This document shows, one piece after another, positions 1 through 9,430 of a stretch of 64,000 nt of DNA (positions are counted from its first letter, which is position 1; each line of letters begins with the position of its first letter). Location of the stretch: positions 32,001 to 96,000 of the forward strand of contig JBILLK010000034.1 in assembly GCA_044376115.1 (NCBI GenBank), in the 5' to 3' direction. A program made the position numbers and the translations under genes. This DNA is from Polyangiaceae bacterium. GTDB lineage: Bacteria > Myxococcota_A > Polyangia > Polyangiales > Polyangiaceae. The notes under the pieces were generated by a model. It was not told the DNA's origin. It did no database searches and saw only the letters and a program-made list of their open reading frames with translations.

Positions 1-1275
1 CCGGAGGCCTCAACCGAGCTTGCGTTGGCCTTCGCACACGAGCTGATCGCGGCGAGCAAAGGCGCGCTGCTGGTTGGTCTCGCGCTCTTTCCGCAAGCGC
101 AGTCGGTGGAGGAGCTGATCGGCTCTGCGCAGGAGGCTTTGTCGCGGGCGAACCCAGCGCAGCCCGCTCTGGTCCATGCAGCGGCGCCGTTTCGCGTGCT
201 CGCCGCGCAGGAGAAAGCGACGGGCCCCAGCTGTGAAAGCCCGGCGATGAAAGAGCTGATGCGCACGGCCGCGCGCGCCGCACGCGGAACCATCCCGCTC
301 TTGCTGCTGGCCGAGACGGGTGCCGGCAAGGAGGTCTTGGCGCGGTCGCTGCACGAGGCCAGCCCGCGTTCCGCCGCGCCGATGCTCAGCGTCAACTGCG
401 CAGCCATCCCGGAGACATTGCTCGAGAGCACGTTGTTCGGTCACGAGAAGGGCGCCTTCACTGGCGCGCACTCGCAACACCGTGGCGTATTCGAGAGCGC
501 CAGCGGAGGCACGGTCTTCCTCGACGAGATTGGGGAACTGCCGCTCTCCGCCCAAGCCGCGCTGTTGCGGGTTTTGGAGAGCAAGACGATCACGCGCGTA
601 GGTGCGACCAAAGAGCTCGCCGTGGATGTGCGCGTCATCGCCGCGACCCACCGTGATCTGCAGCGTATGGTCGAACAAGGTCGCTTTCGCGAGGATCTCT
701 TGTACCGGCTCAACGCGATGACGCTCGAGATTCCACCGCTGCGTGAGCGCAAGGAAGACCTGCCCGTGCTCGTGCAACGTTTTCTGTGCGAGGCCGCCGA
801 GCGCAACGGCACCGCGCTCCCTACCATCTCGGCCGAGGCCATGACGCTGCTCGCGGCTCACAGCTGGCCGGGCAACGTGCGGGAACTAAAGAACGTGATT
901 GAGCGCGCCGTGGTCATCTGCGAGAGCAACGTGATCGGCGTGGAGGACTTGCCGCTGCATCTGCTTGGGCAACGCAGCGCGAGTTCGAAGGCTCCACAAG
1001 TCCCAGCCAGCCCAGCCACCGGCGTACCCTCGCAGCCGCAAGCCTCCCCTCCGCCAGCGCAGTTGGCGAACAAGCTCGGGCTTCCTCTCGACCCCGGGGA
1101 TGACTTCCGCAGCATCATGGAGCGGCTCGAAGCCGAGGTGCTAACCGAGGCCCTCCGTCAAAGCGAATGGAACCAAACCAAGGCCGCACGGCTATTACAG
1201 ATGCCGCTGCGCACCCTCGTGCACAAGCTCAAGTCGCACAACCTTCGCAAGCTCGGATACGGCAAGAGCGAGTAG
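1..1275 (+). CDS. Sigma54-dependent enhancer-binding protein (AAA+ and Fis HTH), 5'-truncated by the window edge
   Basis: Walker A ETGAGKE, GAFTGA, Walker B FLDEIGE, FREDLLYRL, WPGNVREL and C-terminal NQTKAARLLQM HTH; frame is open back to base 1. Confidence 0.95.
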   Translation, partial: PEASTELALAFAHELIAASKGALLVGLALFPQAQSVEELIGSAQEALSRANPAQPALVHAAAPFRVLAAQEKATGPSCESPAMKELMRTAARAARGTIPLLLLAETGAGKEVLARSLHEASPRSAAPMLSVNCAAIPETLLESTLFGHEKGAFTGAHSQHRGVFESASGGTVFLDEIGELPLSAQAALLRVLESKTITRVGATKELAVDVRVIAATHRDLQRMVEQGRFREDLLYRLNAMTLEIPPLRERKEDLPVLVQRFLCEAAERNGTALPTISAEAMTLLAAHSWPGNVRELKNVIERAVVICESNVIGVEDLPLHLLGQRSASSKAPQVPASPATGVPSQPQASPPPAQLANKLGLPLDPGDDFRSIMERLEAEVLTEALRQSEWNQTKAARLLQMPLRTLVHKLKSHNLRKLGYGKSE

Positions 1276-1319
1276 CGTGAACGCGGGCCCGCAGACTCGG
1301 TGGGACGTGTCCGCCGCAG

Positions 1320-4300
1320 CTAGTCTTTGCACTCCAGCTTACCGCTGAAGCGGTCCTCTTTGGCCCGGTAGGTGAGTCCGGTCTCCAACACGCGAAAGCT
1401 CTCCTTCTCACCACTAGCGCACAAGATCGCGTAGTCGGTTTGCGACTCACCGGTCGAAAGATCGAAGTCGAGGCTGGAGAAAGCTCCTTGCAAATCCACC
1501 GTCTGCCCAGCCCGCAGTTCCGAAAGCGCGCGCAGGAAGGAGCTGGCGCCAACGTCGACGGAAACACGTCCACCAACGAGCGACGGGATCGCCTCGGCAA
1601 GCGATTGTCCCGAGGTCGGATCGGCCGCACGCGCGGCTGCGTAGGCGATCAGGTAGAGCGAGTCATAGGGCGCGCCCGGCGATTCGGCCAGGCTGAACTC
1701 GGTGCCGAAGGCGGCGTTGAAGTTACGCGTAAATAGCATATTAGCGGAGGTCTTGGTGGGCGTGGTTAGCCCGTAAAGCCGGTCCACCAACGTGGGGTGA
1801 CGGCGTACCAGATCCGCGAGCCCTGTCGTCTCGAGCGAGCCGGTGACTACGTACAGCGGACGCTCCGCGTTCGGCGCGCTCACGGCCTCCTCCAGTGGTA
1901 GCAAGACGTCCCGAGCCACGGCTTGTTCGGAGTTCTGCAGAATCACCACCTGCGGCTTGAAGGCGCGCAGCTCGCTTGCCATGGCCCGGTTTTGCGCAAC
2001 CGCTGCTTCGCCATCCTCAAACAGGTGGAACTCCTTGTACTCGGGAGCAGTGCGTTGGTTTGGCCGGCTCTTCGTCCCTCCTGCGGTCGGTCCAAAGAAT
2101 TTCGCCAAGTCGGCCGACAGACTTAGCCCCGACGAGCCGTGGCGAGCCACGAGCGCTAGCCGCAACGGCGCACCTGTCCTCGTCCTCCGCAGCGGTTCGA
2201 GGAACTCCGGAATGAAGCGCCCGAGCGCCGCCGCGCGCCCGCGCGTGTTCGCGGCCGTCCGCCACACCAAGCGCTTGCTGCCAGGAGCATGAAAGATGTC
2301 GGCGACCACCGCGCTCGAGTTGAGCGCCGTCACAACCAAGACGTCCTTCGGTACGAACGTTTGGTTGGACAGCTGCACCACGTCGCGGCTCGACCCAAAG
2401 CCGATCACCGCGCTGACCTTGACCTCGTTCGTAAGGTACTCGGCCACCTCGGCCGGCGACTTCGCGTCGTCACAAACCACGAGCCCGATCGGCACCGTGG
2501 TTCGACCATCGAGGCGCGGAATCCCGCCGCTTACCGCGAGGATCTCGCGTTGCGCCAAGAGCACCGCTTGCTTGGCCGTTTCGCCAAACTCACGCATGTA
2601 CGGGTCCTCGTGCGCGAGCGGGAACATCGCGCCGATCCAGACCGTATCGCGCTGTTTCAGCGCCTCGGGCGAGGCCTCGCGGACGCACGCCGGATGCTCA
2701 GCGAAAACGCGCGGCGAAAGGACCGCCTCTTGTGGTTCAACCGTTGTTTGCGCAGGAGCTAGCGGCTCCGTCGTCGGCTCGCTCGAAACCACGGCTACCG
2801 CCAGCGCCGTTGCCAAGCTGAGTCCCATTCCTAGCGCAGCCCAACGTACTCGCCGGGTTCGGCTCGTTGCTACTGCTTGCGCTTTGGGCTGCTCGCGCGG
2901 CCTCGCTGCGGGGTGACGTTGAGCCTCCGGCCAAGCGCGCAGTTGCTCCTTGCGCAGCGGGCCAGGCGCGGCAAAAGGCTCGAGCGCCTCCCGCAGCGCT
3001 CGCGCGTCGGCGGTACGAAGGGCAGGCTCTTTCTCGAGCGCAGCGTGCACCACGGCGCACAACTCCGCGGGCAACCACGGTGCAAGTTCTTGCAGCGGCA
3101 TCAGCGTTTGGCTTTGCAACGCCGCCAGCAGCTGCGCGAGGTTGTGCGCGTTGGGCCAGGCGCGCGTGCCGCTGGCCAGCTCGTAAAAGCTTAGCGCCAG
3201 CGACCAAAGGTCCGAGCGCGCATCCACCTGGCGAGAATCCTCGGCCTGCTCCGGAGACATGAAGCGCGGCGTCCCGATGAAGCCGCCACTGCGCGTTAGC
3301 GGTTGGTGCTCGGCCGAGAGCTCATCCACCTGCTTGGCGATACCGAAGTCGCATACCTTGGTTATCAGCGTGCCGTCCGGCTGCTCGTGCAACATCAGGT
3401 TTTGCGGTTTCAGATCGCGGTGCACCAAGCCGGCTGCATGCGCGACCTCGAGCCCGCTGCAGGCCTCAACGAAGATACGCACCAAGAGCCCCGGCTCGAG
3501 CACGCCGAGCTCGTTTGCCAGCTGCTCGAGGTTGGGACCGCGGAGTAGCTCCATCACCAAATACGGCACGTTCTCGTGCTCTCCCAGGGCGAGCAGCTTC
3601 GGGATGTGAGGGCTCTCGAGCTTGCGCGCGATCGCCGCTTCGCGCTCGAAGCGCTTGCGGGACGCGCCGTCCAAGCGGTCACTGCGCAGCAGCTTCACAG
3701 CGACCGGAAGCGCACCGTCGCGCGCCTCAAACACCGTGCCCATCCCACCTTCGCCGAGCTTCGTAAGCAGTTGGTAGCGTCCGCCCAAGAGTTGGTCGTC
3801 GGCCCCACGGCTGAGTTCGGCCAAGCTCGTCTTGAGGATGCACAGCGCTTCTGCGTCATCGGACGAGGCCTCTGCGCGCTCGGCCAGCGCGCTCAGCGCC
3901 CGTTGCTCTGCGCTCGGTGCGACCTGCTCGAGCAACTGCCGCAATAGCCCTATAGCGTTGGCACGAGCGCTCGACGTGGTTGCGTTTTCAGCGAGCCCGG
4001 CCAGCGGATCGATCAGCACGCAGCGGTCCCCGCTGCTGGCGCGAAGCGGAATCAGCCGCTCGGCGGAGAGCCTTGGCGGCGGCAGCCCGAGGCCGGCCAA
4101 CGCCTCCAACGCCAGCAGGCCTTGCAACGTGAAGTTGGCGGCCTGCTCAACGTCGAGCGACGCGAGCTCGCTCAGCGCTGCGGCTTTGGGTTGGGCCTGA
4201 AACACATACGCGTAGCCGGTCTCCTGATCGAGGCCTGCGGCGAGCACCCGCAAGAGTTGCGGATGCTCGAGCGCTTCGAGCTGCTCGAGGCATGCGGCAC

Positions 4301-4517
4301 TCGGAGCTTGGGCCGGCGGGACCAGCCGCAATCGACCGAGGCTGCCGTCCACGTCGCGCGCTTGGAACCACAACGTCTCTTCACTGCTGGCCAGCTCCAG
4401 CAAGCTGAAGCGCCCAGCGATACAAGCCCCGAGCCACGCGACAGGCGAGCGAGCGCGCGGTGCTTGCGCCTCATGCTCCTCATGCTCCTCATGCTCCCTC
4501 CCTTCGCCCTCGACCAT
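1320..4517 (-). CDS. Membrane Ser/Thr protein kinase: degenerate N-terminal kinase-like domain, intact kinase, TM helix, extracellular type I periplasmic-binding (LivJ-like) domain
   Basis: GEGGMG, VAVK, HRDLKPQN, DFG, GTPRFMSPE; hydrophobic WAALGMGLSLATALAVAVV; C-terminal IGAMFP...CDD...AVIG...YDSLY...GAFSSLDFD pattern. Confidence 0.9.
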   Translation of the reverse strand: MVEGEGREHEEHEEHEAQAPRARSPVAWLGACIAGRFSLLELASSEETLWFQARDVDGSLGRLRLVPPAQAPSAACLEQLEALEHPQLLRVLAAGLDQETGYAYVFQAQPKAAALSELASLDVEQAANFTLQGLLALEALAGLGLPPPRLSAERLIPLRASSGDRCVLIDPLAGLAENATTSSARANAIGLLRQLLEQVAPSAEQRALSALAERAEASSDDAEALCILKTSLAELSRGADDQLLGGRYQLLTKLGEGGMGTVFEARDGALPVAVKLLRSDRLDGASRKRFEREAAIARKLESPHIPKLLALGEHENVPYLVMELLRGPNLEQLANELGVLEPGLLVRIFVEACSGLEVAHAAGLVHRDLKPQNLMLHEQPDGTLITKVCDFGIAKQVDELSAEHQPLTRSGGFIGTPRFMSPEQAEDSRQVDARSDLWSLALSFYELASGTRAWPNAHNLAQLLAALQSQTLMPLQELAPWLPAELCAVVHAALEKEPALRTADARALREALEPFAAPGPLRKEQLRAWPEAQRHPAARPREQPKAQAVATSRTRRVRWAALGMGLSLATALAVAVVSSEPTTEPLAPAQTTVEPQEAVLSPRVFAEHPACVREASPEALKQRDTVWIGAMFPLAHEDPYMREFGETAKQAVLLAQREILAVSGGIPRLDGRTTVPIGLVVCDDAKSPAEVAEYLTNEVKVSAVIGFGSSRDVVQLSNQTFVPKDVLVVTALNSSAVVADIFHAPGSKRLVWRTAANTRGRAAALGRFIPEFLEPLRRTRTGAPLRLALVARHGSSGLSLSADLAKFFGPTAGGTKSRPNQRTAPEYKEFHLFEDGEAAVAQNRAMASELRAFKPQVVILQNSEQAVARDVLLPLEEAVSAPNAERPLYVVTGSLETTGLADLVRRHPTLVDRLYGLTTPTKTSANMLFTRNFNAAFGTEFSLAESPGAPYDSLYLIAYAAARAADPTSGQSLAEAIPSLVGGRVSVDVGASSFLRALSELRAGQTVDLQGAFSSLDFDLSTGESQTDYAILCASGEKESFRVLETGLTYRAKEDRFSGKLECKD
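4471..4497. repeat. 9-bp tandem repeat (tcatgctcc x3) encoding EHE x3 at the kinase N-terminus
   Basis: Three exact copies read directly. Confidence 0.85.
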
Positions 4518-4591
4518 GCGGCGCCGAGTGTACTGGCTCGCGGCCTGCGTCGGGGCTTGCTTTCCGCCCGCCGCATGCCAAAGACCGTGCG

Positions 4592-5524
4592 ATGCAGTTT
4601 CGCAACCTCGACGGTAGCGGCGTCAACAAGGGCTTCTCGGAGGTCATGCGCTGGAAACTTGGCTTGGGCGCCCCCTCCGAAGTGCGCGAGGCCCTGCGCT
4701 CGGAGAGTGAGCGGCTGAGCTCTGCGCCGCGCGTCGAAAACGACGGTAGTGCGTTGGTAAAGGCCGAGCGCTCGGCCCTGACGTGGATCGGTCATGCCAC
4801 CTATCTGATTCAACTCGGTGGGCTCTCGATCGTGATCGATCCGGTGCTGTCCAACCGGCTATTCGCCATTAAGCGGCTGGTCGCCCCGGGGCTCGCTCCC
4901 GCTGCGATGCCGGCGCTCGACGTGTGTTTGGTCACGCACAATCACCGCGACCATATGGACGCGCCGTCGCTCGAGGCGCTCGATCGCAAGCTGCTCATGG
5001 TCGTGCCCAAGGGGCTCGGTCGTTGGTTCGCAAGCCGCGGCTTTCTCTCGGTGGTCGAGCTCGAATGGTGGCAACACACCGAGCTGCGTGGCGTGCGTAT
5101 CACCTTCGTTCCCTCGCAACATTGGTCGCAACGCGGGGCCTTCGATCGCAATGAGAGCCATTGGGGTGGCTACGTGATCGAAGACGGCACTCACCGCGTT
5201 TACCACTCCGGAGACACAGCCTACTTCGACGGCTTTACGCAGATCGGTTCGCGGCTCGGTCGCATCGATGCAGCGATGCTACCGATCGGTGCCTATGAAC
5301 CACGTTGGTTCATGCGCGGCCAGCATATGAACCCGGAGGACGCGGTTTCGGCCTTTCTGGACCTGCGCGCCAAGCGCTTCATCGCCATGCACTGGGGCAC
5401 CTTCAAGCTAACTGACGAGCCGATCGGTGAGCCCCCGCTGTTCACGCAGGACCAATGGCACACCCGCCAGATCGAAGGCGAGCGGCTGCTGATCCCCAAC
5501 GTCGGCGAGACCGTCTGGCTTTGA
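4592..5524 (+). CDS. MBL-fold metallo-hydrolase (NAPE-PLD/RomA-like)
   Basis: TWIGHA, THNHRDHMD, QHWSQR, HSGDT, PIGAYEP, MHWGTF; start moved to ATG 4592 to avoid overlap with the divergent kinase. Confidence 0.9.
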   Translation: MQFRNLDGSGVNKGFSEVMRWKLGLGAPSEVREALRSESERLSSAPRVENDGSALVKAERSALTWIGHATYLIQLGGLSIVIDPVLSNRLFAIKRLVAPGLAPAAMPALDVCLVTHNHRDHMDAPSLEALDRKLLMVVPKGLGRWFASRGFLSVVELEWWQHTELRGVRITFVPSQHWSQRGAFDRNESHWGGYVIEDGTHRVYHSGDTAYFDGFTQIGSRLGRIDAAMLPIGAYEPRWFMRGQHMNPEDAVSAFLDLRAKRFIAMHWGTFKLTDEPIGEPPLFTQDQWHTRQIEGERLLIPNVGETVWL

Positions 5525-5546
5525 GTCACCGTTCGGCGGCTAACAC

Positions 5547-6404
5547 TTAGCGCCCGGTAACGCGATAAAGCGCTTCCGCTTTGCACTCATCGGCCGAGAG
5601 CGTTACCCACTTCGAGGCAGGCGCGCTAAATCCCGGCTCAAAGGTGCAGGCCGAATCCTTGAATCCGGGCCACCAACCACCGGCCAGCGCTGCTTCGTTG
5701 CCCTTCTCAACGTACGGTAAGCTTGGGCCGCTATAGATGCCACAGCCCGCACAATCCCGCGGATCAAAGGTCAACACCCGTTCTTTGCGTTGGTCGCCGA
5801 AGAAAGGCATATGCGAGTAGCCCGCCGTCCGGCTGACGTAGCCTAAAACATCGAGCGCTACCGGGCTGGGGGCGCGGTAGTCGGGCATCGGTGGCGCCAC
5901 ACCGAGGCCGAGCTGCTCATCCCAGTAAGCGATCTCGCTCGACGGGCTCGGCGTCACGTGGTCCGGCACGTAAGCCACAAAGAAGTTCGCCACGTATTGC
6001 CCCAGCGGATCTCGATTCACTACGTCGATGCAGTGGTTCGTCGAGCCATCACCATCGACATACGCGCTGCATTGCAACGTTGCGTGCGCCTCCAGCGTTC
6101 CGACCAAAAACTGGTTCACTTCGATGCTCGCCGGGTCGCTGCTTGCCCCGACGAAGTCCACGAAGTCATGCAACTGCGCCAGCGTGCAGCGCGGCTTGCT
6201 GGGCTTGACCCCAACCAAGCCCATGCACATTCCGTGCACCGACGTGACCGTTGCTCCAGACCCGGGCCCCGGGATCCCCGGCGCCAACGCTGCTTCATCC
6301 TGCGCGGTCAGCTCGGTCTCCGATTCATCCAGCTCACCCGGGTTGGCGCAGCCAACCAAAAGCACCAACGCGCCAGGGACCAGTAGCAAGCTTGTTCGGA
6401 ACAT
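5547..6404 (-). CDS. Hypothetical lipoprotein
   Basis: Lipobox LLVGC after a hydrophobic stretch; several Cys; no family recognised. Confidence 0.65.
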   Translation of the reverse strand: MFRTSLLLVPGALVLLVGCANPGELDESETELTAQDEAALAPGIPGPGSGATVTSVHGMCMGLVGVKPSKPRCTLAQLHDFVDFVGASSDPASIEVNQFLVGTLEAHATLQCSAYVDGDGSTNHCIDVVNRDPLGQYVANFFVAYVPDHVTPSPSSEIAYWDEQLGLGVAPPMPDYRAPSPVALDVLGYVSRTAGYSHMPFFGDQRKERVLTFDPRDCAGCGIYSGPSLPYVEKGNEAALAGGWWPGFKDSACTFEPGFSAPASKWVTLSADECKAEALYRVTGR

Positions 6405-6473
6405 CCCGCGAGGCTACTGCCAGCGGCTACCACGCTCAACGGCCCTGACCTTTCAGAGCCTTTCAGCAACGGA

Positions 6474-6506
6474 AGACCTGTCCGCTCGCGCGAGACGGAC
6501 AGGTCT
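6474..6506 (-). terminator. Stem-loop just downstream of the SPFH gene; possible terminator or stabiliser
   Basis: 11-bp perfect arms agacctgtccg / cggacaggtct, 10 nt past the stop; weak U-tract. Confidence 0.5.
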
Positions 6507-6516
6507 ATCAGGCGCG

Positions 6517-8526
6517 TTACTCCGCGTCGCCCACGTGGCGAATTTGCGCGCCGAGCTCATCGCGCAGCCGCCGGGCTTTGGCGCTCGGTGCTTGCGTGCT
6601 CGGCGAGTCACCGCCCTCACGTTCATGCAGCAACATCGCGAGCAGGGCCTCCATCAAGCTGGAACCGGAGCCAGGGGCACCGCTCTGACCGCCGCCACCG
6701 ACCACCACGCGTGGCACCACGTCCACCCCGCTCTTTTCGATCGCCTCCGAGAAGCGCGTCATCACCTTTTGCGTGAGCTGCAGCTGCGGGCCGCCGTAGG
6801 CACGGACTTGCTCCTCGATCGCCATCGCTTCGGCCACACCGACGCGCGCGGCTCGTTCTGCCTCCGCTGACGCCATCAAGCGCACCCGCTCGGCATCCGC
6901 ACCGGCGATGGCTTTGATTTGAGCAGCCTCCTGCAGCGCGCGCTCGTACTCGGCGCGGCCTTGGTTGGCCTTGACGATGATGCCCAGCTCGCTACCGGTG
7001 ATCTGGGTCTGTTGTTCGGCGCGGGCCTCGGCCTCGCGCAGCTCCCGCTCCTTGACCGCAGCTCGCTCCTGCCTTGCGTAGGTCTCCACCTGCTCTTCGG
7101 CGATCTGGCGCATGCGCAGCTGCTTCAGGATCTCCTCGATATGCGTATCCCCCGGGCTGGAGGTCGGCGTGCCGATCAGCACCTCTTCCAAATCCAGGTT
7201 GTAGCGCTCGAACTTGGTTTGCATCTCTTTGCTCGCCACTTCTTGGATCTCGCTGCGCTCTTGCAAAAGCTCGATCAGCGTGCGGGTTTGCCCAACGTTC
7301 TTGAAGTAGGCCGCCACCATTGGATCGAGCGTTTGCTCGACCAGCCGCTTCACATCGCCAAAACGCTGCACCACGAGCGGGGCTTTGCGGTAGTCGATAT
7401 GCACCACCACACTAAGCGGCAATGACGGCTCGAACGCGTCTTTGGTGATGAGCGATACCTCGGAGAGGTTCTCGTCGAACTTGTGTGCGCCCACTTCACG
7501 CTTGTTCCACTTGAGGATGAAGTTGGTCGTCGGCACCAATACCACTTTGCCTGCATAGGTATTGAAGGCGTACTTGCCAGGTAAAAGCGGTGTATTCCAA
7601 ACGCCGCGTCGACCGCGCGCCACGAGCTCGCCGTGTTTGTACTCGCTGCCGGAGAGGTCACTGCCGGTCTCGCCGGTGTAGCTCACCACCACGCCCACCG
7701 TGCCGACCTCCACCACCGTCTTGGGCCGCAGCTCCACCGTCGACATCAAGCGGTTGAGGTAATACGTGCCTTCGACCAACACTTGCAGCTGGCGGCCGCG
7801 CCGTCCACCCGCCGCCAAGAAGCGTTCGGGATCTTGGAACGAGTTGTGGAAAGTCGTCTTTTCATGCGCGTCGTCCCCAACGATGGGCGCGATCAGCTCG
7901 CCCTGCGCGAGCGCTGGGCCGTCGTGAACGGTGACTACGCCCATTAGGTCCTCCTCGCCCGAGAGCACCAACGGCCGGAAGCCGTCGCGCTCGGCGATCA
8001 GCGCCTGCATGCGGGTGAAGAGCGGAAAATCGTCTTGATCGAGCGGCAGAAAGTAGATGCGCTCCGCGGTGATTACGACGAACTGTGCGAGGTTGATGGC
8101 ATACGTACCTTCGCGCAGTACGCGCCGTTGCGGCCCGCGTTGGCCGCCTCGCGAGAGGAACGCGACCACGTCCTGAAACTCAGCGCACGGCACATCCCGA
8201 CCAAGCGCCTGCTCTTGCGCCAGCGGCATACCGTCGCGCGCGAACACATAACCGATGCGACCTTGCGGCACGGTGACCAGTGGCACCGTGCGCACCTTGT
8301 ACACGAACGGGAACTTCCAATGCAGTCCACCGCGCAGAACCTCCGGCTGGAAACCAGCCTCGCCTTGCAAGGCAATCAGTCCCTTCTCAATCGAGCCCGC
8401 GCTCGAGAAACGCTTCTCAATCACGGCAATGCGGTCATTGCGAACCGGCCGCAGCCCCAATAGCAAAAACAAAAGACCAATAGCGGCGAGCGCCAATAGG
8501 CTCACCGCGACCCAACTTGGGACCAT
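6517..8526 (-). CDS. SPFH/flotillin-family membrane protein with long N-terminal extension
   Basis: N-terminal TM, repeated GxxGxQxxVLxxG units, LITKDAFEP band-7 region, EA-rich coiled coil; SD AAGGAG. Confidence 0.85.
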   Translation of the reverse strand: MVPSWVAVSLLALAAIGLLFLLLGLRPVRNDRIAVIEKRFSSAGSIEKGLIALQGEAGFQPEVLRGGLHWKFPFVYKVRTVPLVTVPQGRIGYVFARDGMPLAQEQALGRDVPCAEFQDVVAFLSRGGQRGPQRRVLREGTYAINLAQFVVITAERIYFLPLDQDDFPLFTRMQALIAERDGFRPLVLSGEEDLMGVVTVHDGPALAQGELIAPIVGDDAHEKTTFHNSFQDPERFLAAGGRRGRQLQVLVEGTYYLNRLMSTVELRPKTVVEVGTVGVVVSYTGETGSDLSGSEYKHGELVARGRRGVWNTPLLPGKYAFNTYAGKVVLVPTTNFILKWNKREVGAHKFDENLSEVSLITKDAFEPSLPLSVVVHIDYRKAPLVVQRFGDVKRLVEQTLDPMVAAYFKNVGQTRTLIELLQERSEIQEVASKEMQTKFERYNLDLEEVLIGTPTSSPGDTHIEEILKQLRMRQIAEEQVETYARQERAAVKERELREAEARAEQQTQITGSELGIIVKANQGRAEYERALQEAAQIKAIAGADAERVRLMASAEAERAARVGVAEAMAIEEQVRAYGGPQLQLTQKVMTRFSEAIEKSGVDVVPRVVVGGGGQSGAPGSGSSLMEALLAMLLHEREGGDSPSTQAPSAKARRLRDELGAQIRHVGDAE

Positions 8527-8535
8527 GTCCGTTCA

Positions 8536-8580
8536 CTCCTTCATGCAGCGTGAAAAAGGGTCACGCTGGCGATGGAGGAA
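8536..8580 (-). promoter_or_regulatory. 5' leader hairpin that pairs with the SPFH Shine-Dalgarno sequence
   Basis: Inner stem CAGCGUGA/UCACGCUG; outer UUCCUCCAU pairs with AUGAAGGAG at 8 of 9 positions. Confidence 0.45.
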
Positions 8581-8660
8581 GATGTGTGGTCCCTCGCTCG
8601 ACTGCGCAAGCGGGTACGCACTGAAATCGAACCGAGGCCGTACGACTCTGTCGCGCTGCG

Positions 8661-9344
8661 TTAGCGCGGCGGCCCGCCCCAACCGCCCTGATAGCCGGCC
8701 CAGCCTTGGCCCTGTTGCGGCGGCCCATAGCCTTGTTGCGGCCCATAGCCTTGTTGCGGCCCATAACCCTGCATCGGCTGGCCAAAGCCGTGCGTTTGCG
8801 GCGGATGCAGCGCCAAGGACTCAACAAACGGTGCTCCCGCTTTGAGCCATACCCGGAAGTTGTCGATGCGCTTCGGCTTGGTGGTCTGCGCCATGATCGC
8901 GCCTGCGATGATCGACCCAAACATCATCACCAAACCGAGAATGATGCCCCACGCAGCGCCGTTCCCGGCCATCGCGATCATCAAGGCCAGCCCCAAGATG
9001 AAGCCGAAGGTGATCACCAGATAGCCGATCACCTGGCGTTGCTTGTGCTTACTGCAAATACCGAAGTCCACGTAGGCGCTCTTGCGCGTGACCATGGCAA
9101 CGATCGCGTAGATGAGTACGCCCGCCGCTAGGGTCGCGTACACCCAACCTTCATGCCAATAGAGGGTCTTGCGCACGCGATGGTTCGCCGGCGCATTGCA
9201 CACCACACAGCGGTCCGGCAGCACCGGGGAAGCCTTCCAAAAGGTGACCTGGTCGCCCTCGCGCCAGCAAGCCTCCGATGCGGGCACCATCGCGTGGGGG
9301 GCGTGATGCGGCTGATCGAGACCCGGTGCAGCGTACGGATTCAT
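8661..9344 (-). CDS. Hypothetical membrane protein (about 3 TM, CxxC...CxxH, GYGPQQ-repeat tail)
   Basis: MNPYAAP start, RCVVCN and CSKH motifs, hydrophobic helices, Gly/Gln/Tyr-rich C-terminus. Confidence 0.8.
   Translation of the reverse strand: MNPYAAPGLDQPHHAPHAMVPASEACWREGDQVTFWKASPVLPDRCVVCNAPANHRVRKTLYWHEGWVYATLAAGVLIYAIVAMVTRKSAYVDFGICSKHKQRQVIGYLVITFGFILGLALMIAMAGNGAAWGIILGLVMMFGSIIAGAIMAQTTKPKRIDNFRVWLKAGAPFVESLALHPPQTHGFGQPMQGYGPQQGYGPQQGYGPPQQGQGWAGYQGGWGGPPR
8721..8770. repeat. 18-bp tandem repeat (cggcccatagccttgttg, 2 exact copies plus 1 partial) encoding GYGPQQ
   Basis: Read directly. Confidence 0.8.
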
Positions 9345-9430
9345 GCTCACAGCGGAGTGCTTGGGCCGAAGCTTCGCGCAGCGTCAAGCCGCAGCTGGGC
9401 CTTGCGCCTAACCACCGCTAAGCTGACGCC

